NCBI RefSeq assembly: GCF_006345805.1
Contig: NC_043006.1
Location: forward strand, 99,386,001-99,450,000
Source: Octopus sinensis
Taxonomy: Eukaryota
Direction: 5' to 3'
Length of the DNA: 64,000 bases
In this document: positions 62,121 to 64,000 of the stretch, piece after piece
How positions within the stretch are numbered: the stretch's first letter is position 1
Layout: every line of letters starts with the position of its first letter
Made by a program: the position numbers and the translations under genes
The notes under the pieces: generated by a model
Told to the model about the DNA's origin: nothing
Database searches by the model: none
The model's input: only the letters and a program-made list of their open reading frames with translations

Positions 62121-63742
62121 TATGATGTAAACAATTTTAACATAGTAAAATTGATGTGTATCCAATATTACTGTTTCAAGTCAATCCTTTCATTTGTAAT
62201 CGTTTGAAAAACAATAAGATTCGCCATACGGACTTATTTAAAAGGATTTGCAAATTTACGATACGTTTGTGTGCCAGACGAGTACTAAAGATCTAGTTTT
62301 GTTTCTAGTGAAACTTTTTACATTTCGATTTCACACCTCCAGAAATCTTTCCTTTCTAGTTATCAATCCAATAATTTCCCTACAACACACAATTTTCTAT
62401 ATTTATGAAATATATACAATATGGTGTATGCCATAGCCAACAACTTGTAAGAAAAGTGCATTTCAAATTTCGTATTTAATGTAAAATCAGTAGATGGAGA
62501 ATTACTGGATTCCCATCTTAGGATCTAACGAATTAGTAAATTTCTAATGCTCTTCATATCAAAGACGTTTCCCTAAATCAAGCATCAAATCATTTTGTGA
62601 CAGTAGTATGGATAAATCTAGATATGAGCATAGCTATGCTGCCTCTTATCATGAGATTGTTAGAAGCGTCATGGAGATTCATTTTTGCTTCTATGTATAT
62701 TTCTTTTAGATCATATTCTTTAAATTGACATTCCGAGTTATCTTAATTGCATCTGCTTGCATTTCCGTGGACAAAAGGCTAACTCCTGCTAGCAATTCTG
62801 TCAACAAAAGATGAATGATTAGGAAATAACTTCCTCATTCAAAACCTAAACCATTGTTCAACCTGGCTTTCACAGAAGGCTAGTAGGAAGTAAACACATT
62901 TAGCCGCGATGCAATACATCCAACTTAGCTGCTTCTATAGATATAATGTACAACTTATATAACTTTAAAAAAAAATAATTCCACATTTCAAAAAAGGGTG
63001 GACGCCGAAATGTCCATGTTCACGACACCTACATATTAGATATGACCAAAAGAAAAAAAGAAGCATAGATATGGAATTGGCACGGTGCTTTGTACAAAGT
63101 ATTAAATTTCCTTAGTTTCTGACATAACATCAACCTCAAAATCTAGAGGCAGAAAACATAATTAGATTTATAGTTGGGTGTTTTTAACCGGTAGTTAAGC
63201 TTGCTAAAAGTAGCAGGCATATCCCTTTATTGACAAAATCTACATTTATAAAGAAGTAAACACGCCATTTAGTCCAAGATAAGAGTTCTTTTTAACGCAA
63301 CACATCGCATAGCTACAGCTACTAATATACTTCTGTGGATCATTGTTAACTGCGATCCAATTTGCAAATACAACCTGGAAACAAACCCGATACTTAGGGC
63401 CCATCCCGTACAGCGTATCAATAATACATCGAATTTTCACGCATTTATAAAACAGCGGTACCATGTCCATGCGCAGATGAACAACAACTGGTGATTTCTA
63501 ATTAATGACACGTCTACTAAGCAACGGTATTCAACAACATACTGGAAGTTCGAAAACAATATGAAGAACGTATACCCAAACAATAAATAACGTCACACCC
63601 TGTAGTGTACAGTTGCATTTGAAAGTCAACATAAGATATTGACTATCTGAAGGGCTTGAGCCGAATAAGTAGCAAAAAATTGTTCAATCAGGATTTAATA
63701 ACAGCTAAACAAATAAAGGGTTGTGTTCGAAAAATCCAGCAG

Positions 63743-63788
63743 GAGACCTGATGAAAGCTGGCGAGTGCATCAGCCGATACGTTGTGGT
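63743..63788 (+). ncRNA. Degenerate hammerhead of the same family as 46952-46997
   Basis: gagac CTGATGA a agctg gcgagtgcat cagcc GATA cgtt gtggt: GAAA changed to GATA and the first stem II pair is broken. Confidence 0.55.
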
Positions 63789-63901
63789 AACAAGAATGCA
63801 GACAATGATTTTAAGAAACGTGATATCTGGAAAAATCGCGTGATGTATTTAAATATTTTTAAATTCGAACCAAACACTATTATACATAGATACATACGTA
63901 C

Positions 63902-63951
<50 letters not shown>

Positions 63952-64000
63952 ATATATATATACATATATTTATATATATGTACATATATATATATAATAT

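Overview
AT-rich, microsatellite-dense eukaryotic DNA. The SINE families and repeat density point to an octopod cephalopod (Octopus-like); this is inferred from the repeats, not from a gene. I found no intact host gene, rRNA, real tRNA or CRISPR. Most ORF-track entries are translations of microsatellites or SINEs. Coding relics are all mobile elements: Gypsy pol, BEL/Pao gag, two CR1-like LINE 3' ends, two R4/Dong-like LINE pieces, a Tc1/mariner fragment, a near full-length Tigger/pogo element and a Penelope-like RT. There are also many tRNA-derived SINEs and several MITEs. Best leads: (1) minimal Penelope-type hammerhead ribozymes, one with an intact core (46952-46997) directly behind a tRNA-like head and an (AAT)n linker, resembling a SINE/retrozyme hybrid; (2) one SINE variant forming head-less tandem multimers at three loci, including a 348-bp higher-order repeat and a 163/164-identical inverted patch 11 kb away; (3) a twin-priming-type 5' inversion in an R4/Dong-like LINE; (4) Penelope tandem-plus-inverted pLTR structures; (5) a ~550-bp repeat found only inside (ATT)n tracts. 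All alignments, identities and translations were done by eye, and element boundaries are approximate unless stated.
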